From: Hemiscyllium ocellatum
Taxonomy: Eukaryota
Reading direction: 5' to 3'
NCBI RefSeq assembly: GCF_020745735.1
Contig: NC_083420.1
Coordinates: forward strand, 22,940,001 to 23,004,000
DNA: 64,000 nucleotides
Part shown: piece after piece, positions 35,370 to 46,676 of the stretch
Numbering within the stretch: position 1 is the first letter of the stretch
How the letters are laid out: every line of letters begins with the position of its first letter
Made by a program: the position numbers and the translations under genes
Notes under the pieces: model-generated
What the model was told of the DNA's origin: nothing
Databases searched by the model: none
What the model saw: only the letters and a program-made list of their open reading frames with translations

Positions 35370-36889
35370 CTTTCAAATCAATAAACAAATATGATATGCA
35401 AATGTAATTACAATAACTAATTCAGATTCACAATTATGTTTAGACAAATTTTTACATTTCACTAACAAATCTTTCAAAACTATTAAAATTTTCAAACTTA
35501 TATAAATTATTCCAGCTTTAAATCTGACATTAGAATTCAATCAAAACATAACCAAGATGAGGAATATTGATGTTACCCTGTTCACTCAGGATCAATATAA
35601 ACATCTCTTCGACATTTATATTCATGTTTCAGTTTTTCATTGAAACAGTATTTATTTTCTTACATCAAAGAAAGGTACAATTTTTAACTTTTAAACTTAC
35701 TAAATCCATTCAGTGTCACAATTTGGCAAATTACATCATAGTCTTGCAGCAGTAACTATCAGACTTTGAATAGGAGTCCAGGATGAGTTAAAACCCAAAT
35801 CAAAGTGCTAAATGGTCAGTATGGTATTCCACAGTAATAACAAAATGTTTTATTATTTAATAGTCAATTGCTTATTTGATTCTTGAAAGTGTATACAACA
35901 GAATTCACTACATTTTAAGACTACATCACAAATTAAAGTTTACTAATCCATAAACATATTTAAATTCTTGTGTTAGTTGTACACTTTCTCCTCTCAAAAT
36001 TTACTTTTTATTTTCATAATCTTTGATCTGCTATTTTCCTCAATATTTCCCACTGTACATATCAACATTTGCAATTAAATTTTGTAATGTCAATAGTTAC
36101 TAGCACTTGATGACTAGCTGACTTTGTAAATTAATTGTTTGAACTCTCCTTCCTATATCCTTTGCCAGTATATCATGTAACATATGCATAACCACTTTGG
36201 GAATGACTATAAAGTTATTTATTTGTCTACTTTAGTCTTAAGAACATCTGAATTTAACTGGGATGTGATGAAGTTTCATCTCAGTTTCAGCATTTCAATT
36301 AACCTTATCCCCTAACAGATCTTTGGGGTACAGCTCTACTGCAAACTAAGTGAAATAATTAAAGTATTTCACAACAAACTTAAACATTTCATATTATAAA
36401 ATCTACAAGCAGATCTTTTAAATTATGTACATTCACGACTGAATGGACAGTTTTAATACATCAACTCTACTCATTTTATATATGTTATACATAACACACA
36501 GGCCTCAATGAACATTTTCATAAGCAATGTCATCAGTGTCTAACTGCAAGCAACTGATTGCTTTGGGAGAACAACTTCTGCTGCAATCTATCACATGAAA
36601 CTCTAAATAGAATGAAATTTGAATTTCAGTGGCAAATGAAATTGAGTGAAGATGTCTTTGAAGAAACAGTTTATCAGGTTTGGCTGGAACATTTGATTAA
36701 AGACTGTTAAATTTAATTTAAGGGATCCTTCACATTTTAACAACCATCAAATGTAAAAGCCTGGGTTGCTTGCCATTTATCATTCAGAAATCGTAATTGT
36801 TTTTAAACTGGAACAGAGGAACAGCAGTTGGACAGCCCTTCAAACACATTTTGCCATTCCATGAGGTTATGGCTGATCTGTGGCCTAGA

Positions 36890-37050
36890 GAGTAGTGCTG
36901 GAAAAGCACAGCCAGTTAGGCAGCATCCTAGGAACAGGAGAATCGACAGCACTCTCCTGCTCCTTGGATGCTGCCTGACTGGCTGTGCTTTTCCAGCACC
37001 ACACTCTTTGACTCTGCTCTCCAGCATTTGCAGTCCTCACTTTCTCCTGT
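36890..37050. repeat. Hairpin made of two inverted Penelope family A termini
   Basis: GCTGGAAAAGCACAGCCAGTTAGGCAGCATCC...GGATGCTGCCTGACTGGCTGTGCTTTTCCAGC. Confidence 0.85.
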
Positions 37051-37246
37051 TCTGTGGCCAAACTCCATAAATCTGTCTCTGGCCCATATCCCTTAATACA
37101 TCTGCTTGACAAAAAATTATTTACCTCAGATTTAAAATTAACAGCTGAGTTAGCATCCACTACCATTTGTGAATAAGTTCCAAACATCTACTATCCTTTG
37201 AATGCAGAAGTGCATCCTTATATCACTCCTGAATGGTCTGGCCTTA

Positions 37247-37566
37247 ATTAGATTAGATTAGATTAGACTTACAGTGTGGAAACAGGCCCTTCGGCCCAAC
37301 AAGTCCACACCGACCCGCCGAAGCGCAACCCACCCATACCCCTACATTTACCCCTTACCTAACACTACGGGCAATTTAGCATGGCCAATTCACCTGACCC
37401 GCACATCTTTGGACTGTGGGAGGAAACCGGAGCACCCGGAGGAAACCCACGCAGTCACGGGGAGAACGTGCAAACTCCACACAGTCTGTCGCCTGAGTCG
37501 GGAATTGAACCCGGGTCTCAGGCGCTGTGAGGCAGCAGTGCTAACCACTGTGCCACCGTGCCGCCC
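37247..37566 (-). mobile_element. HE1-like SINE, young copy, nested in a CR1 remnant (about 36800-37905, minus)
   Basis: Near-identity to the other young copies; flanking CR1 motif [13 protein letters not shown]. Confidence 0.92.
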
Positions 37567-37919
37567 AACACTATGCCCCAGTCCTAGAATCTCCAACCAG
37601 ACGAAATAGTTTATCTGTACCTACCCTGTCTTTTCCTATTAATATCTTTAAGACTCCCTTACCCTTGTAAATTCTAGAGAAGAAAGGGCTCATTTGTATA
37701 ATCTCTCTTCATAACTCTTGAAGTCCAAGTATCATTCTTGTAAACAATGTTGTACTCCTGCCAAGGCCAATATATCATTCATAAAGTGTGGTGTCCAGAT
37801 CTGCTCACAGTACTCAACATGGGGTCTAACCAGGGTTTTGTACAACTGCAGCACAACATCTGCATCCTTACACTTCAGATCTCTGCATATAAAGGACAGC
37901 AGTCCAAAATAAAACTTAC

Positions 37920-38006
37920 TCAGCCCTTCAAAGTTTTTCTCTTCCACTCCATCCCCGTTGTCTGATACTTCAATCAAATTTGCTCCAAATTCTTTCAATC
38001 TGATAT
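37920..38006 (-). CDS. PMS2: PMS2 exon 3
   Basis: [28 protein letters not shown]; 87 nt. Confidence 0.96.
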
Positions 38007-39390
38007 CTGAAAAACATACAACATAAATTCTGGGAATAAAAATTAAAGTATTAGATATTTCTTGCGTGGATGCAGGTCATCTTGAATGTAGTCAAAGATT
38101 CAGCTGCAACAGCCAGAATGGTTTTTCACATAGTAGCTGTTCAGTGTTGTACTAGCAAATGGTTGTCCTTTATAGAAAATACAGTTTATTCACTACTTAA
38201 GTTTATATTTACATGAACATACGCCTGTACTTAAAGTGCGCTAGTACTGAAAATCATTTGCCATTACTAGAACTGTCAAGTTGCCCTTCACGTTGTGTTA
38301 AGTAAATCAGCGATAGTACCAATTATTGAATGAACAAACTGCAACTCAGATGCAATTACTGTGAGTACTTAAACACCAAACAGTGCTGTCATCATTTGTC
38401 ATTAATGGAAGCATCTTATGAAACAAACTGTGTGATACCATCACATGATACAGAGTAGTACAATTAAAAATGGCCTCCAATATCCACCTTCAGACACAAA
38501 GTTGCTGGTTTTGCCATCTCCTCTATTCCTTGCTATAAGGGCACAAGCAGCCTAATAGCACATGTTTATTATAATTGTAAGTTAGAAAATTGCATAATTG
38601 TAATGGTACATTGACCTTAGTATTTATAACTTATAAAGTTCCAGTCAATTATGGAGTTATTAATTTGAACCACTCCGGAATTCTGGAGATTTTAACTGCT
38701 CCAGCATTCTTCTTGCTGAAACAATTGGACAGCTAATTATTATAACTGTGTATGCTGAATTAACATAATTGTAATTGCTATACTGCCACTCAGACTGCTG
38801 TAGAAAGCTGTCTATGGACTCAGTGTTTTTGGTGTAATCACAAGCTACCATGGTTGATTGAGCTGTTCAATGTCAGGTTATAAGCATCACTCTAATTGTA
38901 TAAATGCATACAGTGTTCCAATAAGCAGCAGAACTGGCCATAAATGCAATCTTTAAGAAATTGTCAATTGCTAATGTATACAAAAGATGCAGCTTTCAAA
39001 TCTCCCATTAGTTTCAAGAGCCTCCACAAAATTCACTTTGACTGCACCTTCAATCACTTCCTATGTCCCTCATCGAAAGCTCCTGCCCCTTTTGTTAAGT
39101 ACCATGGGGAACTGTGTAAACATTACAGTTGAAAAATACAAACTGATGTTGGCATTTGCCAATTTGTCAACTGACATATAACTAAGGAACAAAGAGGATC
39201 TCTTCAAAACAGTTGTGTAGAAAACATGGAACAACATTTTTTTAAAAATCATAGAGTGGTACATCACAGAGAGAGGTCATTAACCTAATTTGATCCTACT
39301 AGTTTCTTGAAAGAGCTACTTCCTGCTCAGTATATAAAGGTAAATTGTTGAAAAGTCATGCAAGTTGGGATTATTCATTTTTGTCCTCAC

Positions 39391-39530
39391 CAATATTAGT
39401 AGCTCCAGCATCCAGACTGTTTTCCACCAACTCTTTTACAGCAGTGCTAAGGCTTAACACAACTTGCCCTGAACAAATCTGGTGAACTGACTGTCGGTCA
39501 ATTTGCTGGATGACTCTTGCAGGCGCTGAG
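39391..39530 (-). CDS. PMS2: PMS2 exon 2
   Basis: [46 protein letters not shown]; 140 nt. Confidence 0.97.
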
Positions 39531-40207
39531 CTAAATCAATAGAAAATTGAATAGTATTGAAACAAAATCACATGATACACATTGTCAATTATGATACAAT
39601 TAACAAGCAAATACACACTATATCAATTGTTCTTTGATATTGGATTATATGCAGACTTCTTGAGAATGCTTAAAATATACATGTTACTTTCATTAATCTG
39701 ACAAATTACTTTGGTATATGGTCTCCCATTCTATAACCCGTCACTAGGACTTCACATCATGAAGGACAGATCAATATTGCAAGAGGGGCTATAATTTATT
39801 TGGAAACAGACCTGAAGACTTTATTTTTCCATAGCGATCTCACCATTCCATTCCTGAGCTACGCAATCTAGTTTACAGCATAAAGCAGTGCGATAAAATA
39901 GTAAAACAAACTTCCATTTGTAAAATACTTTTCACATTCTCAAACAACCTAAAACACTTCACAATCAGCATGGAGCTTTTGAATACTATTACAGTTGCCA
40001 AGTAGGCAAATGCAGTAGCAAGGGAATTGGCCAGTAACTATGTTCTTAGTAGTGTTGTTACAGCAATGAATATTGGTTAGAACACTCTAAGTCTCCATAC
40101 TTTTTCTCTTCCACAAGATCTTTTGTCATTTGCTGGAGAAAGTACATAACAGCTTAACATCTCATCCCAAAGCTAGCAGGCTTGACAGTGCAGAACTCCC
40201 TTCAGTA

Positions 40208-40425
40208 CAGGCATTCCCTGGGTTGTGAATGGATTCCATTCTGGAGTCCATTCACAAGTTGATTTATATACAAGTCGAAACACAATGGAGGACAATATAA
40301 AGGAGTCATTTGTAAGTACAAGTAATGTTCACATGTCTGATCTTGAAAATTACATCCCTGTATGAAGTCACATTCTTATGTACAATAGTTCATACGTCAG
40401 GTGTTTGTAAATCAGAGATCTGCTG
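40208..40425. mobile_element. Tigger/pogo-like MITE
   Basis: TA|CAGGCATTCCCTGGGTTGTGAA ... TTTGTAAATCAGAGATCTGCTG|TA: decayed TIRs with TA on both sides. Confidence 0.55.
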
Positions 40426-41451
40426 TACTAGATAATGCGTTGAGGTCTATTCAACAATTTCCATTCATAAAGTATCTTTAACATATTGAAATTTCCCAAG
40501 GTATTTTAATGAGCTTAATGAAACAAAAAATGCAGACAAAGTCAAAGATAGATATAAATAATAAAAAGCTTAGTCAAAGAGGAAGACTTTAAGGAGGTTA
40601 TTAAGGGAAGGGTAAAGAGGCATAAAGGATTTTGACAGCTGAAGAAACAGTCATCAATTCCAGAGCGATGAAGATCTGGATGTATGTGGCCATAACTGAA
40701 ATATTCCAGAAGAAAGATCATCTTAGAGGACTGTGGGGGTCCAGAGACTAAGAGATAGGGAAGAGTGCGACACAGAGGATTTTCGAAATAAAGATACAAA
40801 TTTTAAAATGAAAGTGTTGTAGAGACCAGAACCAGTGTAAACCCATGAGCAAAGGGCTAATGAGCAAACAGAGCTTTATTTTTTAATTCACTCATGGGAT
40901 TTGTGTATTGCTGACTGGGCCAGCATTTATTGCCCATCCATAATTCTGCTCGAGAAGTTGCTGTCTTTTTCACTGCTGCAGTCAATGGATTGTAGGTAGA
41001 TTCACAATGCTATTAGGAACGAAATTTCAGGATTTTGACCCAGTGGCACGAAAGGAATGTCACTAGATTTCCAAGACAGGATGGTGAGTGGTCTGGAGAG
41101 AAACTTGCAATTGTGGTCTTCCCATGCTGCCTTTGTCCCTCAAGGTGGAACTGGTCATTGGTTTGGAATGTGCTAAGAAGCCTTGATGAACTTCTGCACT
41201 GCATCTTTTAGATGGTACACTACTGCAATTGAGCATCAGTGGTGGAGAATGTGGTGTCAATCACTGAGCTGCTTTGTCCTGGATGGTTTCAAGCTTCGGA
41301 AGAGTTATTGGAGGAGTACTCAACCAGGCAAGTGGCAAATATTCAATTACACTCCTGGACAGACTTTGGGAATCAAGAAGTGAATCCTTAGTACAGGATT
41401 CCTCACCTTGCTTTTACAGCCGCTATATTTATATAATTAGTTTTGGAATGT

Positions 41452-41665
41452 GAGAGTCAGTTAGCTTAGTTTGGATGGCTAGTTTGCAATACAGAATGAT
41501 GTCAACTGCATGGGTTCAATTCCCATACTGGCTGAGACGACCATGAAGGTCCCACCTTCTCAACCTCACTCTTTACTTGAGGCGTGGTGACCCTCAGGCT
41601 AAACCACGACCAGGCATCTCTAATGAAAGAAAAACCCAATGGTCCTCTAGAACTATGGTGATAAT
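41452..41665 (+). mobile_element. tRNA-derived SINE of another family, inserted in a LINE remnant
   Basis: A-box-like TAGCTTAGTTTGG and B-box GGTTCAATTCC; the LINE continues on both sides. Confidence 0.55.
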
Positions 41666-42461
41666 ACCTTTTCCAGTCTAGCTTCAGGTCAATGTTAACT
41701 CTCAGGATCTTGATAATGGATGATTCAGTGATGGCAATGCCATTGAATGTCATTGGGCAATGGTCGGTTGCCTCATTGGAGATGATCACTGCCTGGCATT
41801 TGTGTGGCACAAATATTACTTGCCACTTTTCAGTCCAAGTCTAGATACCGTCCACTTCTTGCTGCATTTGGACATAAACTGTTTCAGCATGAGGAGTCGC
41901 TGAACATTCCAAATCATCAGCAAACATACCTTTTTAATTTGATTTGATTTATTTATTATCATGTGTACCTTGCTCCAAAATACAGTGAAAAGTGTACAGT
42001 GTCACCACTCTTCAGCGTCATATTAAAACTCAAAAATAAACCAAAACATAGAATGTAAAGGCAGAAAATAAAGAAAAAGTGTCCAATTTTATTTCCATAC
42101 TAGCCTCAAATAGTGAAAATATTTCACTCTCCAAATAACATCTTCATACAACAGTGAGAATTTAGCATCCTCTCTCTCATTCCTCCATCGGTTCCTTACC
42201 TCTGTTTGCAGCAGAGAACAAAAAGATGCCAGAGAGACAGAGCCAAACATTGGTTTGAACAGCTTGAGATAGAGTTTGGAGAGTTCAAAATTGGATCCCA
42301 TTTCTGGAAGCTGGTTCAGAAAATATGCCACTAGAATTGTAGTAAACAGAGCAGAGATACAATTTAATCTTACAATGGTGGGATAGTTGTTGATGAAGCA
42401 AGGAAGGTATTTTCGTTGAAGAAGATGGTTAAGCAGGCCTAGGACTCTACTGTGAAGAAGT

Positions 42462-42760
42462 AGGGCTCTTATGGTGCAGTGGTGTCTCCACCTCCAAGCC
42501 AGGAGGCCAGAGTTCAATAGAGGCCACCTATTCTAGAGGTCATAGAATACTTAATGCGGAAGCAGGCCATTCCACCCATCGAGTCCACACTATTCCCTTG
42601 AACAGCATCTCACCCAGACTCACCCTATCCCTATACTCCTGTATTTTCCATGGCTAATCCACCTAGTGTACATAATGCCTGGACATTTTCGGTAATTTAG
42701 CATGGCCAACCTACCTAACCAAAGGTGTATCATAACATCTCTGAAGAGGTTGATTAAAAA
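42462..42760. mobile_element. Short tRNA-like SINE (plus) interrupted by a minus-strand HE1-like 3' fragment
   Basis: GGTGCAGTGG...GAGTTCAA head; CATAGAA...TTTAGCATGGCCAA insert with AGGT on both sides. Confidence 0.5.
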
Positions 42761-43457
42761 TGCCGACTCTGAGTAACTCCTGAAGAGATGTCTCAAAGCT
42801 GGGAGTACTAATCTCCAACAACCAAAACGACCTTCCTTCGTGCCAGCGGAGTTTCCCCCCAATTCCCATTTACTCCTTCGTCAAAAATGGCTTCAATGCC
42901 AAGGGCAGCCACTCTGATCTCACTCCCTTGATTGCAAGTCGAGTTTTGGTCAAGCTTGGATTTGTGATGAGTGGAGATGAAAGACACATTTGCATATCTA
43001 TGGCACCTTGCACAGCCACAAGACATCCAAAAGCATTTACAGCCACCTGGAAGTACTCTCCTAAGTTCATACATTGTTGCAACGCAGCAGGCAGTTTACT
43101 AACATCAAATCCCCATCAGCAGCTGTGATAGTGAGCCAATGAAGTGTTTTAGTGATGTTGGTCGGACAGTAAAGACTTCCATGCTCTTCTTGAAAATAAC
43201 TTCGTGGAAACTTTTACTCCCACTTGCGAGTGGACGAGGCCTTGTCGTAACAACGCCTGACCTGAAAGAGGACAGTGCATTAATCCCGTCACTGGGTGTC
43301 AGTCCAGCTTTGGGTCCAGGAGTGAGGAAACCCTGTGATTCAGGGACAGGAGCGCGCCCCAGTGAGCCACGGCGGGTCACTGTCATCTCACCCACAACCG
43401 CATACTGAACACAGTGAAGCTACTCCGATGTTCGGGCCTCCATTCTTTGGGACTCAC

Positions 43458-43468
43458 CAGGCTTCCAT
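43458..43468 (-). CDS. PMS2: PMS2 exon 1 coding part, candidate A (MEA+C)
   Basis: gcaATGGAAGCCTG|GTGAGT: good Kozak context, strong donor, phase 2 as exon 2 requires. Confidence 0.5.
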
Positions 43469-43522
43469 TGCCCCCAACAAAACGACTGCAACCAACAAAA
43501 AAAATTCTCCAGCACAAATTAC

Positions 43523-43563
43523 CCGCCGCTCATCTCTCCCTTCGAACGGACATCATCGTCCAT
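43523..43563 (-). CDS. PMS2: PMS2 exon 1 coding part, candidate B (MDDDVRSKGEMSG+G)
   Basis: ATG...GGCGG|GTAATT, 41 nt, also phase 2; the more promoter-proximal of the two candidate starts. Confidence 0.5.
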
Positions 43564-43564
43564 C

Positions 43565-43916
43565 CGCGCCAGCCAGCAGTCGAACTGCCCTCTGGGAAAT
43601 GTAGTCCCCAAAGGAACAACGCGGGCACTCCACGTCAACAAACTACAAGATCCATAATGCACCGAGAACCAGTCGACCGTTATGAACTGCGTTAAAAAAT
43701 AAAGCCTTTTATTACATACCAGTGAACTTAATTATGATAAAGAAAGTCGATAAATTTTATTGAAGATTATTTAATCAAACAGTTGTATTCGTGCTCATTT
43801 GATTGACGTGCGCACTATCCAATCAGAGACGCGAAGGTCGCGTTGAGGCTGCGGGGAATGATGGGAGGTTTTGCGATAGGTTGTAAGTGAGGTTGGGCCG
43901 GCTTGGGTTTTCAGTA
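43565..43916. promoter_or_regulatory. PMS2/AIMP2 bidirectional promoter
   Basis: Between divergent start codons; CpG-rich; GACTACATTTCCCAGA on minus at 43591-43606; ACTACAAGATCCATAATGCA at 43642-43661; TGACGT-type sites at 43631-43637 and 43804-43809; CCAAT at 43819-43823. Confidence 0.8.
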
Positions 43917-44024
43917 ATGGAGATGTACAAAGTAAATTCTTATCTCCTTAGTGAGGAAGCCGTTGATCTGCCCACCTGCATGTACAAGGTGCCCAATATT
44001 CATCGAGGCACTACGGATACTCAG
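43917..44024 (+). CDS. AIMP2: AIMP2 (p38/JTV-1) exon 1
   Basis: MEMYKV...DLPTCMYKVPNIH resembles human MPMYQV...ELPTCMYRLPNVH; CAG|gtatgg donor. Confidence 0.93.
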
Positions 44025-44191
44025 GTATGGATGTCGTGGGTTGTGGTGAAGCCGCTCCTCACGGGCCCAGGACTCTTCCTTCCACCGACTCCCTCTCGAG
44101 CCTCCTCCACATGAAAGTTTTTGATATATGTTATTTTTGCGAATTCCCTAACATCCCGAAACCTTCAATATATAGCACATATTTAACCAGG

Positions 44192-44475
44192 TTAAAAATC
44201 ACACAACACCAGGTTATAGTCCAACAGGTTTAATTGGAAGCACACTAGCTTTCGGATGAAAGGCTTAACAATCAATTTTTTCAATGTATAATTTCAGTTA
44301 CATCTCACTGCAAATTTTTGCTATAAATTCTGTTACGATCGAGCCCTCCACAATCACCTGATGAAGGAGCAGCGCTCCCAAAGCTAGTGCTTCCAATTAA
44401 ACCTGTTGGACTATAACCTGGTGTTGTGTGATTTTTAACTTTGTACACCCCAGTCCAACACCGGCATCTCCAAAT
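44192..44475 (+). mobile_element. Short Penelope-like family B element with an inverted 5' terminus and a 14-bp TSD
   Basis: 44191-44256 inverted to 44376-44439; CATATTTAACCAGG at 44178-44191 and 44476-44489. Confidence 0.8.
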
Positions 44476-44849
44476 CATATTTAACCAGGGTTTCGTGGGG
44501 GGCGTTAAAATAGAATAAAGTGTCAGAAGTGGAAATGCTCAGCAGATTTGACAGCGTTGTATAGAGAGAAGAGAGAAAGGAAGACTTAAGTTTTCCACGG
44601 CGCATTTTGGTTGGAATACACCACTGTAGACCGAAGGGCCTGTCTCCATGCTGTGGGATTCCATGATTCTATTTCCCATCCTGTGAAGTGGCCTGAAGTG
44701 TTTTGAAATGTCACTTTCGTAGCACTAGTCAGTTTACACTTGGTAAACTCGCACAAATTTAGCCTTCTGGAATGTTGATTTAGCAATAAATATTGTCAAG
44801 CTATTGGAGATAGCTTTCGTTCTGTTCAAAATAACACAGGACCTTTTAT

Positions 44850-45050
44850 GGAGAAAGTAAAGACTGCAGATGCTGGAGATCAGAGTCAAAAAGAGTGGCG
44901 CTGGAAAAGCACAGCAGGTCAGACAGCATCCAAGGAACAGGAGAATAGTTGTTTCAGGCGATCCTGATGAAGTGCTTATGCCTGAAACATCAACTCTCCT
45001 GCTCCTTGGATGCTGCCTGACCTGCTGTGCTTTTCCAGTGCCACATGTTT
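44850..45050. repeat. Hairpin of inverted Penelope family A termini
   Basis: GCTGGAAAAGCACAGCAGGTCAG...CTGACCTGCTGTGCTTTTCCAG with CTGATGA in the centre. Confidence 0.85.
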
Positions 45051-46469
45051 TGATGCAGGATCTTTTATACCTACCTGAGAGGGCAGATGGAGTCTCATCT
45101 TAACGTCTCATCTGAAAGGAAGTGTATTTTGAGTGTGAATTTTAACAGTTGTAATATCAATCTAGGAATTCAGAGTCTCAACAATATTCTAAAAAAGTTA
45201 TCATTTCTAATACAGCTGACTTGCATTAGGCAACAACATTTATGTTTTAGTTAATAGAGAAAGTTTCATCTCAACTTCTCACCTTTTTCAATTCCATACC
45301 TTTAGAAATCTACCTTTATTTTTTGCGCATTTGTTAAACGGCATTGTAACACTGTTTTTCCTTGCTCCTTTCTCCCATTTAAACTTTCAGTTCCAAGATG
45401 TATTGCCCCTTTTCTTCATACCATCTGCAACATCTTACACCCAATTTATTTTGGAATTAATTTACCAATTAAATGTTCTTATTTTGTTACAGTATTCATC
45501 ATTATTAACTGTGTCCTCCATATGGTGCAGAGTCTGGATTTCCTGTTATTTAAAGAAGTGTCTGTGAAGAAAGTGTAAAAGCATTGACAAGGATACTGCA
45601 GAACTGAGAGCTTGTAACAAGCAGAAATGTTGCACAGTGTGGACTTTCTAGAAAACAGTGTTAAGAGCTGACTTGATTGAAGTCTTTAAAATTATGAACG
45701 TCTTTGATAGGATAGACTGTTTCTATTTAAGAGACACCAGATGGAGAGCCATAATTATCTAATAATCAGAAACCCAATAAGGAGATTGAATATGTTGTAG
45801 AATTACCACCAATTTGTAGCTATGATGATTACAATTGGTGTGTTTAAGGGAAAGTTAGATAAACACGTTAAAGAAAAAAGGAACACAGGAGTAATTTGAC
45901 AGTTAAATTTGAGGAATGAGATGAGAGTTGTATGGAATGTAAGCACCAGCATAGACCAGGTGGCTGAACAACTTTTTTCTCAACTAAGTATTATCTTGAA
46001 GATGTAATAATTCATTTTGGAAAATAAAACAGGATATTTTATATATATTTCAAAAAAGGAAAACATCTCATGGTCACGGGGAGAAAACATTGCTGGAACA
46101 TCCTTGGGTAGCTCTTATAAAGAGCTAGCACATGTCAATGTGGAGAGCTATGGCAAGGCGTAAATAATTGCTTCGTTTTATTATTGTAGCATGTAGCAAA
46201 ACCTGACAGTATCTTTCAAATGTAGACTGTTTTTCAAAGCTTTCTGCTGAACAATTATAAATACTTTCACTTTCATTCCTGAATCTCCCAAAGTGAATAG
46301 AGAAAATAGCTTGCATTGATTGAGCACCTTTCACAGCTTTAGGATGTTACAATGCACTTCAGTCAACTTTTGAATTACAGTGCAGGGAAATACAGCAGCC
46401 AATTTATACAAAGCGAGATCTCTGAAGCATTGACACATATAATGTCTAATAAATTGGTTGTGTTTTCAG

Positions 46470-46676
46470 AATGCAGGTGAATATCCAGTACTCCAGAACT
46501 TAGAATTGAGGCAAACAGAAATACTGAAACGTTTGTATGACCTGAAGGCAGTTGTTGATGGGCTCTCGAAGACTGTGCTTACACCAGATGCTGACCTTGA
46601 TATTGCAGAGATTGACCATGCTTGTCTTATACCAAAAATCCATACTGTAGCTAATTTAAGTTCTGTATTGGGAAAG
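46470..46676 (+). CDS. AIMP2: AIMP2 exon 2 (leucine-zipper region)
   Basis: [34 protein letters not shown]; 207 nt, phase 0-0. Confidence 0.96.

Noticed and set aside
42089-42517. 142-aa minus-strand ORF in PMS2 intron 1
   Set aside because: It spans repeat fragments, starts at a non-ATG codon and shows no recognisable domain.
43469-43522. Mini-intron joining the two PMS2 exon-1 candidates (GTAATT...TTGCAG)
   Set aside because: It would be only about 37 nt, too short for normal vertebrate splicing.
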